From: Eledone cirrhosa
Lineage: Eukaryota
Reading direction: 5' to 3'
Assembly: GCA_964016885.1 (NCBI GenBank)
Contig: OZ024744.1
Coordinates: 119,536,001-119,600,000 of the forward strand
Length of the DNA stretch: 64,000 nucleotides
Shown here: in pieces, positions 54,001-64,000 of the stretch
Layout: each line of letters begins with the position of its first letter
How positions within the stretch are numbered: position 1 is the first letter of the stretch
Translations under genes and position numbers: made by a program
Notes under the pieces: generated by a model
Databases searched by the model: none
What the model was told of the DNA's origin: nothing
What the model saw: only the letters and a program-made list of their open reading frames with translations

Positions 54001-54230
54001 TCTCTCCCAAGGTAACTCTATCTCGTGTTATTATTTTTATTTTTTACGCTCTTTCCTACGTTCCTCTACACACTATACATCTCATTCTACATTACCTTAC
54101 ATCTCTCTCTTCACCACCGGATCTTGTTACCCGGAGACTTACCCATCTGCATTGTTGAGGCTTCCAAAACGACCAAAAGATAATAAATCTTATTATTCCA
54201 CAATGCTTCAAGCAAACTTCAATACTCTCT
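51047..54230 (+). mobile_element. Penelope-like element (RT + GIY-YIG), degenerate; coding remnants end at 53597
   Basis: LRLGPKF, SDKG, KTHK..IRPIVS, SLDVVALYTSVP, PMGSSLS, SVDD, LLDFRI. GIY-YIG VVYRLEC..C..YYIGST..H..EALWI..IN. The 3' extent is approximate. Confidence 0.9.
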
Positions 54231-54320
<90 letters not shown>

Positions 54321-54366
54321 AAATGAATACAAGGAGTTTAAAACCGTTAGAACATGTTTATACAAC

Positions 54367-54409
54367 TGCGCCTACGTACGTTTCGCCCGGAATGGACTTA
54401 TCAAGGGCA
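54367..54409 (-). ncRNA. Minimal hammerhead, U3-A8 core variant
   Basis: UGCCC-UUGAUAA-GUCC(auucc)GGGC-GAAA-CGUACG-UA-GGcGCA. Confidence 0.7.
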
Positions 54410-55143
54410 TGGAAAACAAAAAAATGATCAATACAGGACCCAGGAGGGATTTCATGGTTAAATTAACATCAGAGTTCATTCTTCACCTACATGCATATGT
54501 TGTTATTATCGCAGAGCAGGGGGAGTAACTCTGGCCGGTGTTCAGACAATCTGGTCCCATTTGGTTTTTTATACCTGTTCTTACAATGGTGTTTAGCATT
54601 TTTATATTATGGGTGTTGTTTCACTAGTGCCAGTACAAGTCGGGTCTGGGATGTACATTTATTATTTAGTGGGTGTTGCTTCACTAATGCTTGTTTGAGC
54701 ATGGTCTGCGATGTACATTTGGTTCACAGATGTTTGTTTATACCGCTTGCCCACCGGGGTGTTATGGTTAGGGCAGGGGGACCCAGTTCGTAGTTTTCAT
54801 GTCGCAGTCGCTTCCCAGGCGAAATACGATGCCTGCACCCGGTGTCTACAATTTATGACTGATTCCGCTCGGTTGTTTATGAGCTCATGGGGGTGTTCTT
54901 ATGATGTAGTACAGCTCCATAAGGCAGAGCTGGCATTTCTTCCTGAAGTTGTAGGGTGCAGCCCTACTGACAATATCCCAGTGTGTGGAGAAGCTGATGT
55001 TGGCGTCTTGTAATGTAGTGACGTAATTGGCAAGTGATGTGGAGTGCCTTAGTTTTTTGTTCGCTGAAAGAGTGGAGATGTCTTCTAAATCTCGTTTTAA
55101 ACTGACCAGAGGTGGCTCCTATATAGTGTTTTTTTGTTTTCCA

Positions 55144-55186
55144 TGTCCTTGATAATCCCATTCCGGGCGAAACGTACGTAGGCGCA
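55144..55186 (+). ncRNA. Minimal hammerhead, U3-A8 variant (inverted copy)
   Basis: UGUCC-UUGAUAA-uCCC(auucc)GGGc-GAAA-CGUACG-UA-GGCGCA. Confidence 0.62.
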
Positions 55187-55396
55187 CTGTTATATAAACA
55201 TGTTCTAACGGTTTTAAACACCTTGTATTCATTTCTTCTATAATCGCTCTGCTTATTTTTTCTCGCCCACTAAATATTGACGCATCTAATATTTAACCCT
55301 GTAGGCACGAGTATTGAGCACACATGCATAAACTATTAGCAACCAAATATATGTATCGCCTATTTTTCCTGTTCTCTCTCTCTCTCGATACTTAAT

Positions 55397-55516
<120 letters not shown>

Positions 55517-55534
55517 GTATATATATATGTATAT

Positions 55535-55985
55535 ATATGAATAAAATTAGTCCTTCATCAGTGATCTTCCAACCTTCATTGGTATTTCATCACTTTAAAA
55601 ATCAGTTACCTCTAGTTGGTGCGAGCAATAACTAAATACAGTTATTGGGACAAGTAAAATAGCGTGAAGCGAGCGGGACATGTAAACAAACAACGATGGT
55701 ATTGCAACGGAAAGATAGGAAGAGACAAGTACATGATATCTGTAAGCTTAAGCTTGGTGAAGTCATGGACGAGAGATACAGGCTACAGACCATCCGACAT
55801 GGGTGAGATGTGAGCGAGAAACATCTTTGTTTGTTTACATGTTTCGCTCGCTTCACGCTATTTTACTTGTCCCAATAACTTTATTTAGTTATTGCTCGCA
55901 CCAACTAGAGGTAACTGATTTTTAAAGCGATGAAATACCAATGAAGGTTGGAAGATCACTGATTAAGGACTAATTTTATTCATAT
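55535..55985. mobile_element. Foldback/MITE-like element with ~163-bp inverted arms
   Basis: 55535-55698 is nearly the exact reverse complement of 55822-55985. Confidence 0.8.
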
Positions 55986-56615
55986 GTAACCCATGTGCAA
56001 CCACGCAACACTCCATTTTTCTTATATGTATATATGTATATATGTATATATATATATATACAAAAGTGAGTTACAAACGAAACGAAATTTAATTTCGTTT
56101 CGTTATTTGTTTTTATCGTCTCCGTTGAACCGGTACGTACTCACGCTCTATGCAAATTAGTCTGCCCACTACTAATTTTCATAGAAAAAGCATATAACGA
56201 TATGTGCTTTTACGATTCTCTAGAAAGGCCGGAAGATAGGTAAATATTGCTGATGAGATGTAACAACATCGAAACTAGTCCAATATTCCTTGTCTGGCTT
56301 TCTGGAGAATAGAGGAAAGGTGTTTCCTCAAAAACCAGTATGACTCTATATATATATAGTTAAAAGAATAGAGGTGTAACACACAAGTTATTATATATTG
56401 GTAAACGGAATAGAAAATGCTGACAAATTGTTCACAGTTGAAAAATGGTTTAATTAGGAATAAAAGAGTATTAGTGATTGTATGGGTTAGTATTCAGTTG
56501 TGGTTTTAAGTTTTTAAGTTTTTACCGGTTGCGCATTTCTAAATGCTTTTCAAAAATAATTTTGAGATAGAGTGTCCGTGCTGTTTGCTGAGATCAGCAT
56601 TTTCTATTCCGTTTA

Positions 56616-56934
<319 letters not shown>

Positions 56935-58601
56935 TCAGCTTTCTGTCGTAGGGAAAGTTTTATGTAGGGTGCTTCTGGACCGTCTGCTGACACACATTGC
57001 AGATTGTATTCTTCCTGAAAGTCAATCTGGTTTTCGTGCTGGACGCGGCACTACTGATATGATCTTCTCAGCTAGACAGCTCCAGAAGAAGTGCATTGAA
57101 CAAGGCTTGGGTCTGTATCAGGTTTTTGTCGATCTGACAAAGGCTTTCGATACTGTCAACAGAGGTGCATTATGGAAGGTTCTCCAGAAACTTGGTTGCC
57201 CTGATAAGTTCCTTGCTTTAGTTAGGTCTTTCCATGATGACATGAAGCCTTGGGTTAATGTCAGAGGTAACATGTCGAAGCCTATCTCAGTAAAAAATGG
57301 AGTGAAACAGGGGGATATTCCAGCACCGACCCTGTTTGCCATATACTTTGCAATGGTTTTCTGTATTGCATTCAGGAATTGCGAGCATGGTGTTTACATC
57401 CGATATCGAACCTCTGGCAGCATATTTAACATCAGGCGCTTTGCTGCATAAACAAAAGTATTTACATCAAGCATTTTGAATGCATTTTCTGACGCTTGCA
57501 CTACCCTAGGATTGACTGTCAGTCTCAAGAAAACCATCGTCATGTACCAACCTGCCCCTGGTAAGCAGTACAGTGAACCAAATATCTATGTGTATGGCAA
57601 ACGACTAGGAGTGGTTGATCAGTTTGTCTACCTGGGAAGCACTGTCAATCGATACGGCAACCTTGATAGTGAAATCTCACTTAGGATTAGGAAAGCAAGT
57701 GATGCTTTCGGAAAGCTAGAAAGGCGACTCTGGTCGGCGAGACATATGCAGGAGGACAAAGGTAAAGGTGTACAAGGCACGTGTGCCCTCTTCTCTTCTT
57801 TATGCCTGCGAGACCTGGGTCACATATCGACACCACCTTAAGCAATTGGAGCGTTTCCATCAGATGTGTCTCAGACGGATCCCTGGCGTTCACTGGAGGG
57901 ACCCCATCAGTGATATCGAGATTTTGGAAAGCTCTATGTGTGACAGTATAGAAGCTCTTGTGCTTAAGCAACGACTCTGTTGGAGTGGTCACCTTGCCAG
58001 GATGAAGGATTCTAGAATACCAAAACAACTCTTTTATGGAGAGTTAGTTAAAGGAAAACGACCGCCACATAAACCAAAAAAGAGGTATAAGGATTCCTTG
58101 AAAGCCTCTTTGAAAGACGCTAACATCTCTGCTGATACATGGGAGAATATTGCTGCTGATCGTAATAAATGGAGAAAGACTGTATATGAGGGAAAAGTTG
58201 CCTTTGAGGCCTCTCGAATCGCATACGAGAAAGTAAAGCGGGATGTGAGGAAGGGCATTGCTGTTGCACTTCCAGACGGCGAGGGGCCTCATATAGTGCT
58301 GACATGCAGCGTCTGTGCGAGACTCTGCCTAAGCAAAGCTGGACTAGAAAGTCATCTTCGCAGTCATAAAGTAAGACCAGTGGTTGACTACCAGGCTGCT
58401 GTTGGAGATGCTACTCATCATGCTTGCCAAACATGTGGTAGAAAATGTAAATCAGCAGGAGGGCTCAAGCGACATGCAAAATTACACGAACTCCAACCAC
58501 AGCCGACTATTCCCAGTGAATGTTTTGGTTGCCGACTCTGTGCAAGACATTTTAGATCATTGGCTGGGCTAAAAAGCCACATTCGATCGCAACGCTGTTA
58601 G
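56935..58601 (+). mobile_element. 5'-truncated RTE/BovB-like LINE with three C-terminal C2H2-type fingers; RT catalytic box deleted
   Basis: [58 protein letters not shown]. No xADD segment between 57451 and 57476. Three CxxC..H motifs. Confidence 0.9.
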
Positions 58602-58609
58602 TTGCTATC

Positions 58610-58640
<31 letters not shown>

Positions 58641-58740
58641 GATATGCTTATGTGGGTGCGTGTGTGTATATATATATATGTATATTATTATTGTTGTTGT
58701 TGTCGTTATTATTATTGTTGTTATTATTGCCATTGTTATT

Positions 58741-61700
58741 CCTTGAATCTCAGTCATTTATGTTGGTTAACTGGAAAGTCCGTTGGATTGAATATCAAGC
58801 CACTACCTGCAGCCTCAGATATTCAGGACGTATCGGAGGGTTCTTGCCGTTCCAAGCAAGCATGCCTTTTGAAGCGTTCCAAAAAGCGTGAAGGGGCCGA
58901 TTTTCTTTAACCATCCCTGGAAACCTTTGGAGATAGTCCCCAGTGCGCCTATGACAATCGGGATCACTTTGACTTCATGGCAGTTCCAAATCCTTTTCAC
59001 CTCCCACTTTAGGTCCTGGTATCGGTTAATTTTCTCCCTCTCCTTCTCTTGCACTCTCGTGTCGAACGGGCAGGCCACATCCACAATCAGGCACGATCTT
59101 TTTTCTTTGTCCACAACCACCAGGTCAGGTCTATTGTGTTCCAGTTTTTTGTCCGTCTGTATCCTAAAATCCCACAGCACCTTCACCTGACTGTTCTCCA
59201 TCACCGCCTCTGGCCTATACTCATACCATTTCTCAGAATGTGGTAGATTGTTTACTTTGCACAGGTGCCAGTGGATCACCCTGCCCATCACATCGTGTCT
59301 CCAGCCCTTATAGTGGGTCTGGGCTAGGTGTTTACACTCGGACACAATGTGAGCCACAGTCTCCTCTCTCTCTCCACAGATCCTGCACAGTGGGCTAGCC
59401 TCCTCCTTGTAGATATGGTGCTTCAACCACTTCGTTTTGAGGGCCTGCTCCTGCGCAGCCATTAGCATTCCTTCTGTAGCCTTTTTGAGGTCTCCTCTTC
59501 TCAACCAGTTCCATGTCTGTGGATCTCTAAATTCAGTTTTCTCAAAGAAGGTACTATGAAGGGATTTTCCCTTAAGGCTGCTCTTCCTCCTTGATGTTAT
59601 TTCCTCCTTGGGTATCCCCTGGCCTACTGTCCCCTCCTTCAGTACAGCTCTGAGCATTGGCTCCTTACTATAGGTCACGTATTTGTATAGGTTGTTTTTC
59701 TCCATCTGAACACAGTCCTCTATGCTGATAAGACCTCTTCCACCCTCAGATCTCCTTAGGTAGAGTCTATCGACATCACTCCTCTTGTGGAACATGTTGT
59801 AGATAGTCAATAGCTTCCTAGTCTTCCTATCCATTTCTTTTTGTTCAGCAACATTCCATCTCAGAATTCCCGCACTGTACCTAATAATAGACACAGCTCG
59901 GGAATTTACTGCGCTTATGGCATTTCTGCTGTTCAGATGTGACTTCAATACGCTCCTTACTCTCCGAATGTATTCAGTTCTTAACAATTCCTTCATTTTT
60001 TTGTTCTTTATGCCATCAGCCTCCAGAACGCCCAAATACTTGTATCCTTCCTCAGAGTCAATTTCCTTTATCATCTCACCTGTTGGTATCTGGATCCCGT
60101 TACTTCTGCTCAACCTACCCCTCCTCATCACAATGACTCCACATTTACCAATGCCAAACTGCATACATATATCACTGCTGAAAATACGGACAGTGTCAAC
60201 AAGCACATCCAACTCCTTCTCACTTTTCCCGAAGAGCTTAAGATCGTCCATGAAGAGGAGGTGATTGATGGTAAGCTCTCCCCTTCCCAACTTGTATCCT
60301 GCTCTCACTTTTCGCAGCATAATGGTCAAGGGCATCAGGGCAAGGACAAACAACAGAGGGGACAGGCTATCTCCCTGGAAGATACCTCTCTTGATCTTCA
60401 CGCTTCCCAAGGATACTCCAGTTGATGTCAACTCTGTCTCCCAGGACCCCATACTCCTGCCCAGCAACTGTCTGATGTTATCTGCCACCCTGAAGATCTC
60501 CAGGCTTTTGGTGATCCAGGAATGAGGCACCATGTCAAATGCCTTTCTGTAGTCTATCCATCCCATGGCAAGATCAGTGTGTCTCCTCCTGCAATTCCCC
60601 ATTACCATCTTATCAATAAGCAACTGGTCCTTTGTACCACGTGACTTCTTTCGGCATCCTTTCTGTTCGTCCGGCAACAAGTTGTTTGTGTGGAGGTGAT
60701 GGTAGATTTCCTCAGACACAATGCTCGTCAACAGTTTCCACATTACGGGCAGACATGTGATAGGTCTATAGTTGGTAACATCATTACCCTTGATTCGGTC
60801 TTTCATTATCAGAACTGTGGTACCTTTTGTCAACCACTCTGGCACCTCACCCGACACCAAGCAGTCATTGAACATGGCCGTCAGCTTCGGGTGGAGGGAT
60901 GTTAAATGTTTAATCCAATACCCCTGCACACCATCTGGGCCTGGTGATTTCCAGTTGGTTAGTTTTTTGGCTTGCCCCTTAAGAGTTTCAACTGTGATAC
61001 TCAAATCAGTCTGTTGCTGTGCCTGCTCACCGATCTCCCTCTGTACTGTCTCAATCCACCCTGCCTGGGCATTGTGTCTAACATCCTGCTCCCATATTCC
61101 TCTCCAGAATGTTTTAGCTTGTTCCGCCCCAGGGATCAAGTCGGTGCCTCTTTCTTTCCCCTCAAGCTGTCCAAACAGCATCTTCTGGTTGTTGTCGAAC
61201 ATGCGGTTCTGTTTATACTGACTGACTCTGTTCTCGTATCGCCTGATTTTGGCACTCTTTGCTACAATGCGTTGCTTCAATTCCTCTATGATAATATTTA
61301 GCTTTTTACTCCTAGTTTTGTATTTTATTTCCAGTCTATTTTTAGTGCCTATGTTTTTTAGTGTCCCATTCAGTAGTGACTCAAGCTTTCCTATGTCATT
61401 TCTCATTTCCCCGATTTGCCCACTCAGTCGCTTCTTCCACCACGGCTCTGCTCTTTCTTGTCTGTTGTTTCCTCTCGCTTTTATACCAAGTAGTTTCCTC
61501 ACCGTATTTGCTGTTGCTTTGAGGATATTGTTGCACTGGTGAAGACTCCTCGCCTCAAGGTATGGGATGACTTTGTTTACCTTAGCTGTTGTTTCTTTTA
61601 ACTTTTTCCTGTCTACAAATCTTAGGTTCATAGGTCTCCCACTATCATTGTTCAACTCATCTACCACTAAATTTAGGATGTCAACCGAATCTTGTCCTAG

Positions 61701-62502
61701 CCCGTCAGCATTCATCTCAGTGGCCGTATCTCTGTTCCAGGTATTATTTATCTCAGTATTCAGATCATTGTCTGCTTCGGGTGGTTCCTCCGCTCTCAGG
61801 ACCTCCTCACCTTCATTTCCCGCCGGCTCGCTTGTCTGGCATACTACACCCGCCATCTCCAAGCCATTCTCTCTGCTCAGTTCCTCCAGTTCCAGCTCGC
61901 TTATCCACCCATTAGTTCTTATTACCCGAGCCTGCCCGGCCAATTTTTGTTCATCTAATTTAAATAAACCAATCTCGTTCCAGATGTTATGCATCCGTCT
62001 CCTGTAGCCCCTCTCCTTGGGGTTACTTTTCAGGTAGCATTGCATAACAGTTCTATTCAATTCTTTCGTCCAGTTGGTTCTGGCCCCTTTCCTTCTTCTT
62101 CTTCCTCCAACATCAGCAGTATTTCGTTGACAGTCAGGTTCCTGCTGCTGAGCCAGGGGGCACCTGTTGGGTGAGAGTCTGTCACATGACGTTCTAGTCT
62201 CCATTTCACCGTTATTCGAACTGTTTATGTTCGATATTTAAACACTCTTATCGAGGATTGGCGAATGTATGTTTACATAGCCATCTGTGGATCCGCCATC
62301 CCACTTGGCCCTTGTGTGGCATTATCACCACGCTGTATACGGACACACATAAACAAACAAACACACGGGCAGAAAGGGCCCCAAAAATGAATAAGCATAA
62401 GTTTCATTGTAATGTAGTATTCGAATGTCTGACTTAGTTTTTGTTTTTTAAGTTTTACTTTTTCCCCCCTCTTCTCTGTCCGTCCGCCTGCTTCTCTCTT
62501 CA
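58741..62502 (-). mobile_element. R4/Dong-clade RLE non-LTR retrotransposon, apparently full length
   Basis: One long ORF flanked on both sides by (TAA/CAA)n-type tracts (58684-58740 and 62503-62549). Confidence 0.88.
58815..62204 (-). CDS. RT + CCHC + restriction-like endonuclease polyprotein, 1129 aa, uninterrupted
   Basis: NWKSPGPDG, NYRPITCL, EQKGC, WIDYRKAFD, GIFQGDSLSP, LFMDD, YKYLG; CRICGEREETVAHIVSEC; RHD; RPDLVVVD..IVDVACP..EK..Y. Confidence 0.93.
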   Translation of the reverse strand: METRTSCDRLSPNRCPLAQQQEPDCQRNTADVGGRRRRKGARTNWTKELNRTVMQCYLKSNPKERGYRRRMHNIWNEIGLFKLDEQKLAGQARVIRTNGWISELELEELSRENGLEMAGVVCQTSEPAGNEGEEVLRAEEPPEADNDLNTEINNTWNRDTATEMNADGLGQDSVDILNLVVDELNNDSGRPMNLRFVDRKKLKETTAKVNKVIPYLEARSLHQCNNILKATANTVRKLLGIKARGNNRQERAEPWWKKRLSGQIGEMRNDIGKLESLLNGTLKNIGTKNRLEIKYKTRSKKLNIIIEELKQRIVAKSAKIRRYENRVSQYKQNRMFDNNQKMLFGQLEGKERGTDLIPGAEQAKTFWRGIWEQDVRHNAQAGWIETVQREIGEQAQQQTDLSITVETLKGQAKKLTNWKSPGPDGVQGYWIKHLTSLHPKLTAMFNDCLVSGEVPEWLTKGTTVLIMKDRIKGNDVTNYRPITCLPVMWKLLTSIVSEEIYHHLHTNNLLPDEQKGCRKKSRGTKDQLLIDKMVMGNCRRRHTDLAMGWIDYRKAFDMVPHSWITKSLEIFRVADNIRQLLGRSMGSWETELTSTGVSLGSVKIKRGIFQGDSLSPLLFVLALMPLTIMLRKVRAGYKLGRGELTINHLLFMDDLKLFGKSEKELDVLVDTVRIFSSDICMQFGIGKCGVIVMRRGRLSRSNGIQIPTGEMIKEIDSEEGYKYLGVLEADGIKNKKMKELLRTEYIRRVRSVLKSHLNSRNAISAVNSRAVSIIRYSAGILRWNVAEQKEMDRKTRKLLTIYNMFHKRSDVDRLYLRRSEGGRGLISIEDCVQMEKNNLYKYVTYSKEPMLRAVLKEGTVGQGIPKEEITSRRKSSLKGKSLHSTFFEKTEFRDPQTWNWLRRGDLKKATEGMLMAAQEQALKTKWLKHHIYKEEASPLCRICGEREETVAHIVSECKHLAQTHYKGWRHDVMGRVIHWHLCKVNNLPHSEKWYEYRPEAVMENSQVKVLWDFRIQTDKKLEHNRPDLVVVDKEKRSCLIVDVACPFDTRVQEKEREKINRYQDLKWEVKRIWNCHEVKVIPIVIGALGTISKGFQGWLKKIGPFTLFGTLQKACLLGTARTLRYVLNI

Positions 62503-62829
62503 TTGTTATTATTATTATTATTGTTGTTATTATTATTATTATTGTTATTAATATATATATATATATTTTTTTTTCTCGTGCAATGGCCATACTCGATAAC
62601 GAGGGGGCAGCCATCATCATATATGTATATATATGTATATATATATATATGTATGTATATATGTATATATATGTATATATATATATATATGTATATTTGT
62701 TTATATATATATGTATATATGTATATATAGGTAAGTATGTATGCATGTATACGTACATACATATATGTATACAGACGTACAGTAGTATGTATATATATAC
62801 ATACATGCACACATATATACGTGCACGTA

Positions 62830-63352
62830 TCGGTTTACCGAACATTTATTATAATGCTCGGTTTGTTCGTTTGTAAACAAACAAACAGCCTGAATTACGC
62901 CGTACAGTGTTTAGGCAACCACGTCACCTTTTTGTTCAACACTGACACAGGAACGATGTACTAGTTTCAAGCTTATTAGCTATCGTCAGCATCGTATACC
63001 TTCCTGCCAGATGGTTGAACATCTGAAAGTATATACTTTCCTTATGCATATTAACGGCTGAACAGCCTAATTTGCATATCGATTGAGATCAGTCGGCTGG
63101 GCGCACCGAAAACGATAAATGGAATAGAATGAAACGAAATTTCATTTCTCACTCTTAGTACGGCACTTACTTAAATGTAAGTATGTATGTATGTATACGT
63201 ACATACATATATGTATAGAGACGTACAGAAGTATGTATATATATACATACATGCAAATTAGGCTGCTCAGCCGTTAATATGCATAAGGAAAGTATATACT
63301 TTCAGACGTTCAACCATCTGGCAGGAAGGTATACGATGCTGACGATAGCTAA
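62830..63352. mobile_element. Second copy of the 36.9-kb foldback family
   Basis: Shares TTGTTCAACACTGACA..ACTAGTTTCAAGCTTATTAGCTATCGTCAGC with 36935-36995. Inverted arm at ~63250-63352. Confidence 0.75.
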
Positions 63353-63819
63353 CTTTGGACATCCTGCAGGACTAAAAACAAAACCTGTCAAAGGACAAAG
63401 GAGCTCTTAAGAGTCAATAGCCATCCAAAATCAAGGCAGAATTCTAGTAGGCGGAAAACTCTGATATAACACCTGCAACCCTGATGGTATCCAATGATGT
63501 TGACTTATTCTTCTTTTTGGTAAATATCATCTTGGTTAAGAGAGTGGAACTGGCTTTGTGCAGTGCCTTTGCTCACTATAAAAGCTTCACGGCACAGGCA
63601 TTGCTTTATATCTGGAGATCTCTCTGCACTTGTCCTCACATGGTACCATGGGCCCAGCACTATATGTCAGTAATTGTCACAAGTGTAGTGTTTGTACCAG
63701 AGTTTTCAAGTCGCTGACTGACTGGACTAAAAAGTCACACTCGTTCAGCGCATCGGTAGGGGTTCTCCTACATGGATATAAAGTAGTGGCCATACTCGAA
63801 CACGAGTTTGCAGCCACCA
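63352..63819 (+). mobile_element. Non-autonomous RTE-derived element, copy 2 (5'-truncated)
   Basis: Colinear with 45131-45623, with an internal deletion and a 4-bp duplication. Confidence 0.78.
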
Positions 63820-63960
63820 TATATGTATATATATATATATGTATATATATATATGTATATGTATATATGTATATATATACATATGTATCCAGGGATAACT
63901 TGAACCGTTAAGGTATATTATCAGTGGTTATGTCAAATTTTATAAAACACACTTTGTATT

Positions 63961-64000
63961 TTATCTGATGAAAGCGTACCAAAATGTTGGTACCCTTGAA
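63961..64000 (+). ncRNA. Hammerhead-like motif cut by the window edge
   Basis: CUGAUGA-AAGcGUACCAA(aaug)UUGGUACcCUU-GAA at the last base. Confidence 0.5.

Larger units (their letters stand above)
54319..55240 (-). mobile_element. 5'-truncated Penelope-like element with an inverted terminal copy
   Basis: Minus-strand GIY-YIG remnant HYIGATSGQFKTRFRRH...CQLCLME...LINNRAE. ~105-bp inverted repeats at 54319-54424 and 55128-55236. Confidence 0.85.

Noticed and set aside
57768-58601. Host C2H2 transcription-factor gene
   Set aside because: The fingers are the C-terminus of an RTE ORF, contiguous with RT-thumb motifs and lacking TGEKP linkers.

Overview
This is repeat-saturated eukaryotic DNA with no recognisable host protein-coding gene. 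The repeat repertoire resembles an octopod/cephalopod genome (inference only). 1-32.7 kb: a nested macrosatellite in which six copies of a ~1.9-kb AT-rich spacer alternate with blocks of a 48-bp minisatellite. Two units carry the same inactivated Ty3/Gypsy insertion, and the 48-bp monomer appears to be an amplified piece of an RTE-related SINE. 32.7-36.9 kb: a composite satellite with about ten degenerate (CCCTAA)n tracts. 36.9-64 kb: a pile-up of retroelements in (TA)n/(TAA)n microsatellites. These comprise three RTE-type LINEs, three Penelope-like elements, a solo LTR of the same Gypsy family with a 5-bp TSD, an apparently intact R4/Dong-clade RLE LINE, a bipartite non-autonomous RTE derivative, foldback/palindromic elements and a dense set of minimal hammerhead ribozyme motifs. 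All calls are from reading by eye; boundaries of degenerate repeats are approximate.
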